A stretch of DNA of 63,926 bases, counting the filler, from Intoshia linei (taxonomy: Eukaryota > Animalia > Orthonectida), in assembly GCA_001642005.1 (NCBI GenBank). It is 4 parts of 4 records of this genome, joined end to end, with 100 filler letters (N's around TTAATTAATTAA, not from the genome) between each part and the next. Parts side by side here need not be neighbours in the genome. Positions count along the whole stretch, not along the records: positions 36,585 to 56,879 come from LWCA01000702.1; positions 56,980 to 63,926 come from LWCA01001618.1; 2 more parts are not named here. One strand, given 5' to 3'. Numbering within the stretch: position 1 is the first letter of the stretch; each line of letters opens with the position of its first letter. Shown in pieces: positions 51,130 to 62,861 of this stretch. The notes under the pieces were generated by a model. The model made no database searches and was not told where the DNA came from. It was given only the letters and a program-made list of their open reading frames with translations. Both the position numbers and the translations under genes were made by a program.

Positions 51130-54100
51130 ATGGAATCTAATGTCTTAATTAATACCATACCTGATGAAATTAATGATATCCCATTGACACAATCTTTATG
51201 GAAATGCTTTGCCAATATTTTTACTGCATTTATGGGCGCAGGCGTTTTAGCTATTCCATACGCATTTAAACAGGTATATTACTAATATTGGATGATAATA
51301 ATGATACATTCAGATAAGGTCAGGTAAAAATTTTTATCCATTGTTCAATTTAGTGTAGACAACTTTTTTTCAACGTTCCTGCTAGAGTAAAAAAATTTCG
51401 CTATCATACGAAAATTTTTAAACAAAACCTATTTTTTACTAGGAATGCGTAGATTTCTGGGATTGAAATTTTGTATTTATATTAACTGGAATAAGCTCCA
51501 TCAGAATAATTTTTTTTCAATTTTCGGACTCTTAATTATTTAACATTTTTTGTTTTTGTTTTAACCCTTACGAGACTATGCTAATTTTCAAAATTGAAAG
51601 CAAAAAATTTCACTTTTGAGATGTTAAAAAAGACTAAAATTTAAAGCTTAAAATTCAGAAATTTCAAATGTCATTGATTTGTAAAGTGAACAACTTAAAT
51701 TTGGCTTAGAATTAGAAATAAAATTCACATTTATTAGCAATAAAATATATTTAATTTATGCACGTAATTACAATTACGTCGCGTGAGTGTATTTTATTAG
51801 AATATAATTGATTTTATTGTTGACACAAAGTAAACATTTATAATAAAATGAATTTTTACGCATATTAGATGTTATTGTATAAACAGTAATTTGTTCATAA
51901 TTTATATTGGTACCGCCTTATATTGTTTGTATACAAACCAATGTAAATTTATGAGTGTAGTTTTTGGCATCTATACAAACCAATATAAATTTATGAGTGT
52001 AGTTTTTGGCATCTATACATGAAATTGTCTCGTAAGGGTTAATAACATATGTCGGAAAAAAATATATGAATACTAAAATGCTTTTTTGATCGTCAAGGCG
52101 TAACTTACTCAGATTGAAATTTTAAGTTAACAGGATACAACTATATCACCTGTAAATTTTTTTAAATTATAGGCTGTTTTCATTAAAAAAAAAGGTAATT
52201 TGTGGTTTTGGTCCTGAATATATATTTTTACCCTAAAGATTAATTAAAGAACCAGGCGTTTTAAATCTTCAATTATGAAAATAATCACATGGTTAGAATC
52301 ACAAAAATTTTTAATTTACTGATTATTATACTTTTAGTCGTGTCCAGTTTGTCTTTACGTACAGGACAGTGTAATCATTAAAATAAAAAAATGTTTATTT
52401 GTCTTGAACCTTACTATTTTATATTTTATATATGGGTATTGTAGTTTTCTACTTTGTATAACATATCTACATGTATCTCTTTCTAATACAAATATTTTTA
52501 CAAATTTCTACACTTTATTAATACACATTTATATCGTGATTTACGGCGGAACTTGTCTGCCAATGTTGACCGGTCCAGAGTTATATTTATTTTTAAATAC
52601 GAAATTTAAAATTATTTTTAAAATATTAATACATGTATCATATTATATTTTATAGTGTGGACTCATTCTGGGAATATTGATAATGTTTGCTGTTGGATTA
52701 TTAACGTAATTTTATTAAAATATAATTTTCAATTATAATAATGTCTCTACATCAGGGGTGTCACACTATTTGCTTGGCTGGCTAAATGTGAAAATAAAAT
52801 TATTACGCGGACAACACAACAATAAAATGTTTACTAAACCATTATTAAATGAACAGTTTTGATTATTTAATACTAATTTTCTATGTATTTATACAACGCT
52901 CGAAAAATGACCACCCTCGCACGTGTTATTACTTTGTATAGATGACCACTTTTTTAGATGCTATAAAAAACCATATTAATTTAAATTAATTTTATTTTTA
53001 AAAGTGACCACTAAATATCAAATAAAAACAAACGTACCCGAAAAAATCCCATTTTTCCAAATTTGTGCAATATTATTCAAATATTATATTTTTCCATTTC
53101 ATTCAACTGTTATGTGTCTAAACTATAAACTGTAAAGTCCAAATCTTTGAAGAGATTTCTAGGACCTATTTTTGATTTACGAGAAGTCTCGAGGCATAGC
53201 AGGTTTTGTTCTGGTGTCAATGGTTAGATATTTAATAAATTTAAATTCTTATAAACAATAAATATAGATTTTAATTTTAAATATCATCTTATTTCTAATA
53301 TATTTTCAGGGTCGCCTAATAAATAATATTTCGTAAATAATTTATTGTCATATATTTCGTCCATTTTATAATTGTCAAATATAAAGTAATTAGTTATATT
53401 AATAACGTAACTATAGTAACATTGTAATTTACACTTTAGTGGAAAAAGTGACCGGTTGTTCCAAAAATTGATCACTTTTCGAGAGTTTACTGTATTATAT
53501 TTATGTTTATATATCCAGTATTAATAATTTTGATTAATTTTTACTAAATTATATTTGGCTTGTATAGACCAAATTAGGTAGTTGAAATAAACACCGCTGC
53601 TAGTTCTAGGGTTAATTGAATAAGTGATAACTAATGTTGAAATTGTAATCATGAATATATAAATTATGAAAAATGAATACAAAAACTGTAATAAAAGAAT
53701 AACATGAAAATTTTATATATTTTTAATATCACTTATTCCATTTTTATTGTTTCTTATTTTATTTTATGAATTAAAATTGTTATAAATTAATTACAAGTGT
53801 TAGTTTTAACGTAATGTGATGAATAAAGATTTTTTTGTTGGCCCGCGTAATAACTTTTTTGTAGTGGAATTATGTCACATAAAATGCATAATAAAACCAT
53901 TTAATTTTAATTTCTAGCACCATACAATTAAATATATTGGTAGACTGTAAAAAGATTATAAATATAGAATACGCAAAATCGAATAATAAAAATGTAATTT
54001 CATATATATTATAATATGACTAGGTTGACATTTTTATTCTACCAAAAAAATAAATTCACGTTGAAAATATAACTTAAAAATGCTACTATTCACTATTATA

Positions 54101-56522
54101 AATCCTTTAAAGGAGTGGTTCCCAAACTTGGGGTTTTAGCCCTGAAGATATATTATTTTTTTTATTTAAATTTATAATAAATTTTTATGATTTTAAAATC
54201 CGTATCAGAGTATATATTTTATTAAATTCTCGCACTGGTTTGATTCTCAAAAACAGGACAATTGGGGTTTCTGACCCGTACGATATGAGTTTGGGAGGTT
54301 GAAATTTTTTTTGCTAACACCCCCTGAAAAAACAGTAATTGACATGTGGACTTTATAAAATTCTAAGGATGGTAGTTATGGAAATAAACGTTAACACACA
54401 CTGACGAACAAATATTGCAAATCATATTATATAAGTAAGCAAAGGACAACTTTTCTCTAAAAAATATCAAATAACTACATCCCAAATATAGATAACCTTC
54501 GCTAAATATTATATATATATTAATAAATTATTTTTTTGGGCATATTAAGTGTTTTTAAATAAAACTACACTAAAAACACCATAAAGTTACTGTCAGAGAC
54601 AAAATTTTTCAAAATGTTCAACACCCTAATGCAGTCGTTCCCAAAGTGGTCCACAGGAAATTATAGGTGGTTCACAAGAAATATTTTAAATAAAATGAAT
54701 ATAACCTTATTTTAACAATAATAATACGTTCGAATCATTTAATCAAAATAACGTGAATAATTTTCACGTGCCTTAAATTTAATCTATGTAACGATTGAAC
54801 TCAGTTCGATTGTAATTTCCGGAATTGAACCCAGCAAACCCGTTGCTACTTCAAAAATGAAAAATGGCCCATTAAAAAATTTTGTAAACGAATTATGTCA
54901 TATAACCCTATCCACCTTTCTAAGACTCATATAATTAAAAAGTTGTGATTTAAAATTAATTAAAGATAATTATGAACCACATTCATATAAATCCATCATT
55001 TCATATTTTGATAGTATCCAAAAAGTATTTAAAAAAAAAGTTAAAACAGTTAAGAGTTGACATTTAAAAAAAAATTCGTCGAGATCCCTCGGTGAAAGGA
55101 GCTCGCATACGGCACTGGTAGTAAGTCATAAGTATTTTTGAAATTAAGAATTTTTTTAATTACGCCATTGAAGCTACCTTGTCAAAATTAATGTCAAATT
55201 TTCAATTACAGGAGAAATATATTATAAAAAAATCAAAATATTACCTTAGTGACGTGTTCAGGACTAAGGGGTAATTTTAAAAAACTTATGTGGTTTACAC
55301 ACATTTTTTTGTGACAAGTGGTCCATGGTTGAAAAAGTTTGGGAACCACTGCCCTAATGTATATATTTAAAATTATAACTAATATTAATAATATCCATTA
55401 CATGTACTTATAAATTTAATTAAACTAGAATAATCTTGCAGCATTTAGTTATAGCGATGTTGGTAATTATATTTGCATGTAACTCATTATTATACTCATT
55501 TTTTTAGGAAGAATTGCATTTGGTCGTATTGGTGAATTTTTAGTTTCGTTCTGTACAGTTTGCTGTCATTTAGGTAATTTGTTTAAGTAAATGGCATTAT
55601 TTTAATTTATTGTATTTTGATAAAAACCATTTCCATATAATTCAATACTTTTATAGGTATTCTAAATAGTTGTGGATTTAATAAATATTAAGTTCTAGCT
55701 CTTTTATTTTAGTTTTACAAAATTAATTTTGAGTTTATAATAAACTTTATGTATTATTTTTGGGCTTAATTATGAGGAATTCAAACATCATTAAAAACCT
55801 AAATAAATGAACCAGAACTGAAATTAAAAAAACAAAATGGTTCACAAAGCATAGTAAACCAATCTAAGGAATTAACCATAATTAAATCCAACTAGTTAGT
55901 AACTAGTTAAATGCATAAAATCATAAATGACATCCACGTGTAAAATAGATTTTCTAATAAAAAAAAACAAAAATGGACACTTTAATATACATGTAATTTA
56001 TAAGAACCTATAAGTAGTATCTATTATAATAAGCACCATATTGCTAAATTTTTTTAACTCATTGAAAAAACAATATTAAACATTTGGGTGAAATTTAATA
56101 TACACGAAGTTATCAATTTATACACGGAATTATCTTTACAGCTCTTTTTATACACGAAATCATATACGGATTATTTACAACATTGTTAATAACGTTTTAT
56201 TATTGTAATATTATCTTGGGATATAAATAAAGTAACTAGAACACGTATAAACGACAATAAATTTTTTTCAGTGTCACAATTGATGGGAAAATCCAGGAAA
56301 TGTGATGATAAATAAATGTAAGTATAACTACGAAAAATTGAGAAATTCCGATAATAATATGAATATTAGGTCAATAAGTGTTCAATACGTTCATAAAGAT
56401 AATCCGTGTATAAAAAATAATTTATTCTTAAAAATTTAATTAAAATTTTTAGGATTCTCTGTAGGATATTTAATATTTATTTTTCAAAATTTATCATCTA
56501 TTTTTTCTAGAAGTGTCAATAG
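51130..56522 (+). CDS. Aa_trans-family amino-acid transporter (SLC36/AVT3-ANT1-like), 5' part; remainder lost at the gap
   Basis: Exons: 51130-51273 (MESNV...CFANIFTAFMGAGVLAIPYAFKQ), 52656-52705 (CGLILGILIMFAVGLL), 53918-53993 (LVDCKK), ~55429-55462 (SYSDV), ~55508-55573 (GRIAFGRIGEFLV), 56453-56522 (GFSVGYLIFIFQNL). Intron phases are compatible. Confidence 0.88.
51430..52230 (-). mobile_element. Helitron internal fragment interrupted by a piggyBac-like MITE
   Basis: Helitron sequence resumes collinearly after 52042. Confidence 0.75.
51565..52038. mobile_element. piggyBac-like MITE
   Basis: TTAA|CCCTTACGAGAC ... GTCTCGTAAGGG|TTAA, with an internal ~42-bp tandem duplication (~51930-52017). 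A partial relative ends GTCTCGTGAGGG|TTAA at 45280. Confidence 0.88.
54020..54440 (-). mobile_element. Internally deleted Helitron
   Basis: The 3'-end block (CTAGGTTGAC) is joined to the 5' block (ACACACTGACGAAC...ATTATATAAGTAAG). Confidence 0.65.
54632..55351 (+). mobile_element. Composite Buster-type hAT MITE carrying a neurobeachin exon fragment
   Basis: TIRs CAGTCGTTCCCAAA / TTTGGGAACCACTG; perfect TSD CCCTAATG. Bases 54965-55027 are the reverse complement of 49836-49898. Confidence 0.9.
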
Positions 56523-56709
56523 GTAATTTAATTTTAAATTTAGTTGTTACTAGTGTTTCAATATCAGTTAATTATTTTCGGTAGTTACATGTAATTATTT
56601 TCGTTTACCGTTAATTTAAATTTTTTTTATTCTTATAATAAAACGTTTATTGTATCTAGTATATTTTTATTTTTAATGTTTCATCGTATACATGTATTAT
56701 ATGTACTAC

Positions 56710-56879
56710 TAGCTTGGCTGTTTTGTAGTATGTACAAATAGCACCTAGCTCTGCCGAGGGCACTCTTTTATTATACCAAAAAAATAAATTCACGTTGAAA
56801 ATCTAACTTAAAAATCCACTATTCTCTATTATCAATCCTTTAAAGAAGTGGTTCCCAAATTTGTTTCAGGTGGAACCGT
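56710..56879 (-). mobile_element. Helitron 3' end abutting the third gap
   Basis: ACTAGCTTGGCTGTTTTGTAGTATGTACAAATAGCACCTAGCTCTGCCGAGGGC is the reverse complement of the family 3' end. Confidence 0.8.
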
Positions 56880-56979
56880 NNNNNNNNNNNNNNNNNNNNN
56901 NNNNNNNNNNNNNNNNNNNNNNNTTAATTAATTAANNNNNNNNNNNNNNNNNNNNNNNNNNNNNNNNNNNNNNNNNNNN
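56880..56979. other. Assembly gap with artificial linker
   Basis: N44-TTAATTAATTAA-N44. Confidence 0.97.
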
Positions 56980-57779
56980 TTTGAATAATATCGTTAATCA
57001 TTCTATGTTAAAATATAATTACACATAAATACATAATACATACCTTGTAATAAATTAAATGATTTTTATAAATTTCAGTGAGATAAAACGAAAATAAACA
57101 ATAGTAAAAATTAACAAATGTAAATAACACGCAAGAACGATAATAGAAAATATAAATGTTTGTAAAATTGCTATAATCTATTTTAATTATTGAGTAATTT
57201 ACTCTTCATAGTTGAATTATGAGTGGAATTGAATATAACTAAGAAACGATATTTATTCGTTGTATTTCATATATAAATTCAAGACAAATAATGATAACTT
57301 TTTATTTATTTACTCGTGCCATTTTGAATTGAAACGAGTAGAAAATTTCTTATAAAAATTCATATGATAAACTTTATCATAAAGTATAACAAAATAATAA
57401 TAATCTGAACTTTTTATTCATTTACTCGTGCTTAACTTAAGCCTTAGGTTAAGTTTTATTATTGTCAAGCAATTCTGTACATTACTGGTGTGTAGAAAAT
57501 TGTCACAAATTCTATAATTTTTATGAAATATACATTTAATTATAACTATTATTTTATACATTTATTAGTAATAAATTATTACGTTATGCTTTTTATTGAT
57601 AGTTTATCAGTATTTTAAAGCCAAATCACTGAGTAATATTTTCTCATTATAATTTAAAAATATTAAAATTAAAAATATTGTGAAATTATTAAATTTATCA
57701 GCGCATAAAATGTCTACTCGTGCTGAGCACGAGTGGCACGAGGTGGAGAGTCGCCGCTGATTCCAACCACAAATTACTA

Positions 57780-58010
57780 ACGCTTAACGGAATTATGCTC
57801 TTTTTCCAATATTATGAGTTGTTACGAACTGGAACGCCATCATCAAGATTGTTAAAATTAAAGGAAGCCATTATGACCATTCAACCTACGTCAACACAAA
57901 ATGAAAGAAATTTCTCTACTGATCTAATTTCGTTACAAAACGTAGACGTGTTTAAAAGACGAATCTTTCAATATTTTGTGTGTTTTGAAACACTTTTTCA
58001 ACAATCTATT
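57780..58010 (+). pseudogene. hAT transposase C-terminal dimerization-domain remnant
   Basis: AIMTIQPTSTQNERNFS matches the hATC (P.TS..SER.FS) motif and is followed by a frameshift. ACTCGTGC motifs upstream look like subterminal repeats. Confidence 0.6.
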
Positions 58011-58089
58011 ATAAATAAATTTTTTTGTAATTAAATTTGTAAATTGCGATCTAGATTCGTATTATTTCATTAATAAAATTTATTTTTAT

Positions 58090-58370
58090 TTCTAAAAATT
58101 TTTAAAATTCTAGAGCTGTTTTCATCAAAAAAATAAGGTTAATTTGTGGTTTTGGTCCTGAAAATATCATTTTTTTGAATTTAAATTTATGATAATGTTT
58201 ATGATTTTAAAATCCGTATCAGCGTATATATTTTTTTAAATTATCCAACTCGTTTCATTTTCAAAAAAAGGACAATTGTGGTTTTTAACCCGTACGGTGT
58301 GAATTTGGGAGGTTGAAATGTATCTTATTATCAGCCCCGGAATAAACTGTAATTGAAATGTGAACTTTAT
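58090..58370 (-). mobile_element. Helitron 5'-region fragment
   Basis: Reverse complement of ~21800-22075. Confidence 0.75.
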
Positions 58371-58814
58371 TTACTTTATTGAAATAAAGTACTATAAAAT
58401 AAATTAAATAAATACTAATTGTAAACGTATATGAATGATATATTAATTATTAATTCATCCGTTTCCATTTGATTTAATGACCAAAATCAATTTGTGTAGG
58501 CAATTTAAATCCCAGTGAGAGATGTAAATATAAGATACTTGAAGTGGAAATACGAGAATGATTTTAATTAATAATTAATTAATAAAGAATTAACACGTGG
58601 GTAGCGAACTGCACCTAATTAGAACCCATTAATATGCAAATAGATAATTATTTTAAAATAAACACACATTTTGTCTAATTGACCAGTAGAGTGTATTTAG
58701 TTAATTATAAGGAAACAAGAAAAAATTTTCAAAAAATTTGTTGAATACATTAATAAATGAATAACAATATTAATTTTGATTAAATTTGAAATTTAATTTG
58801 GTTCTCAGGCTTGA

Positions 58815-59368
58815 TTACATAATACTACATTTATCCTTACATTCATCCACCATTTTTGTAACATTTTGAGGCACATTAGTAATTTTTGCCTTTATATCAT
58901 TAAAATTTTTAGGAAAGAAGTTATCTAAAAAATTGAAATCAAGATAAACAATATGTACCGTCATCATCCAAGCTATTTTCTCTCTCCAATTCTTCAGGAG
59001 TTTTCCTTTTTCTCCCACCAATACGATCATCTAAAATTTCTTCAAAAATAGGCTCTTCCTTTTTCTTTAACCCATACTAAATATGCATTCATTAATAATT
59101 TCAATTTTTTTAATACTTTGTTTCTAATCTCTTGTCTCATAACTTCACGTTCTTTTTCGATTTGTCGATGTTTTTCAGCTCGTTTTTCTTCCAATTCTTG
59201 TCTCTGCTTTTCCAATTCTCGTTCATCTTCAGATGTGTTTCCTTTATCGTCTTTATCATCACCGCCACCTATTACTCCTAGTCAATTTAGTCAAGTTTAA
59301 TTTCTATAAAAACCTTTAACTGAATCTAATTTGTCACCAACCAATTGTTTAGCAATAAACGAAGCCAT
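58815..59368 (-). CDS. cpx: Complexin (synaphin), CAAX-type, 147 aa, 4 exons
   Basis: Exons 59314-59368, 59117-59277, 58959-59076 and 58815-58924 (444 nt) give MASFIAKQLVGDKLDSVKG...EEKRAEKHRQIEKEREVMRQEIRNKYGLKKKEE...KDKCSIM*. This has the complexin N-terminus, the central SNARE-binding helix and a terminal CAAX box. Confidence 0.95.
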
Positions 59369-59975
59369 TCAAATCGTTTATATTTTCAAAATTTTGCTAT
59401 TTCTTTTACGTTTAAATGTTTTTATTTTTACTTGTGAACATTAAATATGTACAAAATAATTAAACTAAATTTTGTATTCCCTAAAAATCAATAATATTGT
59501 ATTTAGTGATATAAATGCTATATTTGTAACTAAAATTGGGTCCATTTAAAGTTTGCATGCTAATGATAAAATTTATTTCTGTTGTACTATATTCAGTTGG
59601 GTTCAATTGCATTATAACCTAAATGTACATGAGAATAAAGTTATATTTGTCAATATTCTCAATTATTGGATATTTCATTATTTTTAAAAGGTCAAAAAAT
59701 GATGTACATTTTTTTGCATTTTTCATGTTTCATATTAGACAAAATTGACGTTCATCAATTAATAAATTAAATCAAAGATTCAATGTATTGCAATGTTAAT
59801 AATATACGTCAAAACTTATTAAACATACATAATATAATTACAATATATTAATACATGTATATTACTGAAATGGATTTTTTATTTTATATTACATAATTCG
59901 TAATGTAAAACAAAAGCAAATTGATTATAATAAATATTCTCTCCAGTTGAATACATCTGAGATTATAGGGTAGAC

Positions 59976-60397
59976 AAGAGGTGGGAAAGTGCGGCCTTTT
60001 GAACAATTTTAATTATTTTTCATTTACTTAATTATTTTGTTTATTATATTATTTTTAAAATATTAATTTTTGGTAAAATCGGTTTTTTTCCTTAGGGTTG
60101 CTAAAATTAGGTTTTTGCTTGTGGGATCAGATAGAGGGATTTTTTTATAAGAGTTAATAAAATTTTGGTTTTTTCTCATAAGATTTTACTAAATTAAATA
60201 AAATATTCTAAAAATGTATAATTCACCTTGAATTATCTAAATTTTTCGTATTCACCCCATAATAAAATTAATCAATATCATTATCAACCATAAGAAGAAA
60301 TGTATTTGATTAAATTTTATTTAGAAAGATGCGGCCTTATTAAATTTTTTTGGGACGTTAGTGCAGTCTTCGAACAGTAAATGCTTCCCTACCTCTG
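59976..60397. mobile_element. hAT MITE
   Basis: Termini (A)AGAGGTGGGAA / TTCCCTACCTCTG; TSD GGGTAGAC/GGCTAGAC; GCGGCC subterminal motifs. Confidence 0.7.
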
Positions 60398-60830
60398 GGC
60401 TAGACATTAGTCATTTAATTCAAATTCAAATTTGAATATGAAGTTGTATTGAGTATTTAGATGTAACTCTGTCGGTACAATCAAAGAAAATAAAATTAAA
60501 AATGTACTCAGGTATAAAAATTTAAGGTTCAAATTATATCCTTGTAGAAACTAATAAACAATTATATAATATAAAAGAATATACATGTTCTACATTGTAG
60601 ATGTGAATTATAACATGATTACACACTAAAACGTTTAGTTTTAAATTTATATTTATGTTTTGCAAAGTAATCGAATTTCTTTATTGGTGCGCACTACGCA
60701 GTTATAAAAATATGAAAATCAATTATTTTAAACTACATTTAATATAAAATCTAGTTTAATATGATATATTATCTTATATAAAACTATCAATGTCACGATA
60801 TAAATATCAAGCATGGATTTTATATACCTA

Positions 60831-62560
60831 CTAGGTTGACTGTTATGTACTACGTACAAACAAGACCTAGCTCTGCCGAGGGCACATTTTTATTATACTT
60901 AAAAAATAAAGTCACTTTGAAAATCTAATTTAAAAATAATACTATTCACTATTATCAATCCTTTAAAGGAGTGATTCCCAAATTTGTTTCAGGTGGAACC
61001 ATCATATCACATTACTTTTTACTTTAAAGTGAATTATTCCATCTTAATTTTGTTTTGTTAACATTTGTGTAAAGAATTTTAAAAACAATTGTTATCCCAT
61101 TTTTTTAATTTTATACACTGTATAATATTAAAAATAAAGTAAAACAGTCCAATCCTAAAAATTATCATAAATAGCATAAATTCCAGAAAAAATTAAGTTA
61201 TAAAAACCTATTTTGTCATTTCCAATGTGATGATATATATTCAGTCCCAATTTAATAAATACTTAAAAATACCAATTATGTATCAATAATTAACAAAATC
61301 TTCACTTTATAAACATATTTCAGGCGAATTTTACCAATATTGCAAAAGATTGTAATTAGGGCGAACAGTGTCAATTATCATAGCTAAATTGATTATTTTT
61401 TAACATTACATTTGTATAAAGCACTATCACTTGTAATCACTGGTTATAATTGTTGAAATGGAATGTTACATTTTATAATTTATGTGAATTTTCATTTAAC
61501 TTCAATAGGCATAATATTGAATACAATATGTCGTAAATGTTTGGGAAGCCGCTCCTATTTATAATGCAACAAATATTTTCACTATTTTTTTGAAACAATG
61601 AAATAATTTTTTGTATTGTAAATTTATTATTTATTAGTAATAAATTATTACACATAGTATAATTTAAAATAACAATGATGAGCGCACGAACTGGAATGTA
61701 CTTTTTTAATGTAAGAATTTTCTACATAATTGGCTTTATAATTGTCAATTTTTGATGGTCCTAATTGTAATAAATATAAAAATGATAACAACAAAGTTGT
61801 GTTACTTTTAGTTTCGTAGTTGTAGTTTAAGTTGATTAATTTGAAACAAAAAGTTTTGAAAATGAGAATTTTAAATTTAAAAATTGCGTAGCAATGAAAA
61901 AAAATGCGAAGGAATTCATTATATAGATTTTCACGCATATTTCTTTATTGGAAATGTGTAGACGTTCAATGCACAATTTTTTCGAAATTGTAGGATCAAT
62001 ATTTATATTTTCAATTTTTATTTTAATGGAAATATTTTAAAAAATATTGGTTGAAAACATATTAAAAATTATTTTTCACTGGGAATGCGTAGATTTTTGA
62101 TGTTGAAATTTTGTATTTATGTCAACTGGAATAAGCTCTATCAGAATAATTTTTTTTTTTAATTTTCGAACCTTTAATTATTTGAAATTTTTTGTTTTAA
62201 TAAAATATTTCGGAAAAAAATATATGAATACTAAAGTGTTTTTTTGACCGTGAAGATGTCACTTATTGAGATTGAAATTTTTTGTGTGTGTTAACAGGAA
62301 ATAACTGTACCACCTGTCAAATTTTTTAAATTATAGGGTTGTTTTTATTAAAAAAAATAGGGTCATTTAAGGTTTTGGCCCTAAAGATATATTATATTTA
62401 TGATTTTCAAAAAAAAACAATTGGGCTTTTATACCCGTAAGATGTGAGTTTGGGAAATTTTAAATTTATTTTACTAATATTCCTGAAAAAAACTGTCATA
62501 TAAATGTGGACTTTATAAAATTCTAAGACTGGTATTTATTGAAATAAACGATAACACATA
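60831..62560 (-). mobile_element. Near full-length Helitron with a nested hAT insertion; 5' tip displaced to 62819-62861
   Basis: 3' CTAG at 60831-60834 with hairpin TGTACTACGTACA. It is collinear with the reference copy up to the (AC)n tract, where a Tc1 TIR begins. Confidence 0.85.
61357..61763. mobile_element. Non-autonomous hAT element
   Basis: Termini TAGGGC / GTCCTA with perfect 8-bp TSD ATTGTAAT; it splits the Helitron sequence exactly. Confidence 0.85.
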
Positions 62561-62861
62561 CAGTGCGCGACATAAGTCTTAGGCACCCCATTGTAATTAA
62601 TTTAAATATTAGTTTTTCAAAAAAATATTGAAAAAAGGTATTTTTGCCTTAAGGATTGGTGAAATTTGATTTTTTATTTTTTAGTTTGATTAAGTGGATT
62701 TTTTTCATAAGATTTCGTAAAATCCAATTTTTCAAAAACTATCGGTTTAAAGTTTAAACTTCAACTTAAAGTCAATTTATCTCTGATAGCTTGAAATGGT
62801 ATTTTTAAAAAATTTTTATCCTTATTTATATAATATGCTATGCCATATTTGTTTGTGTGTA

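Noticed and set aside
57716-57734. Perfect palindrome ACTCGTGC-TGA-GCACGAGT
   Set aside because: The motif recurs nearby as probable hAT subterminal repeats, so it was not treated as an independent element.
21705-62560. Recurring conserved blocks with a palindrome, considered as CRISPR-like repeats or a structured ncRNA family
   Set aside because: They are dispersed, in both orientations, lack regular unique spacers, and are explained by Helitron termini.
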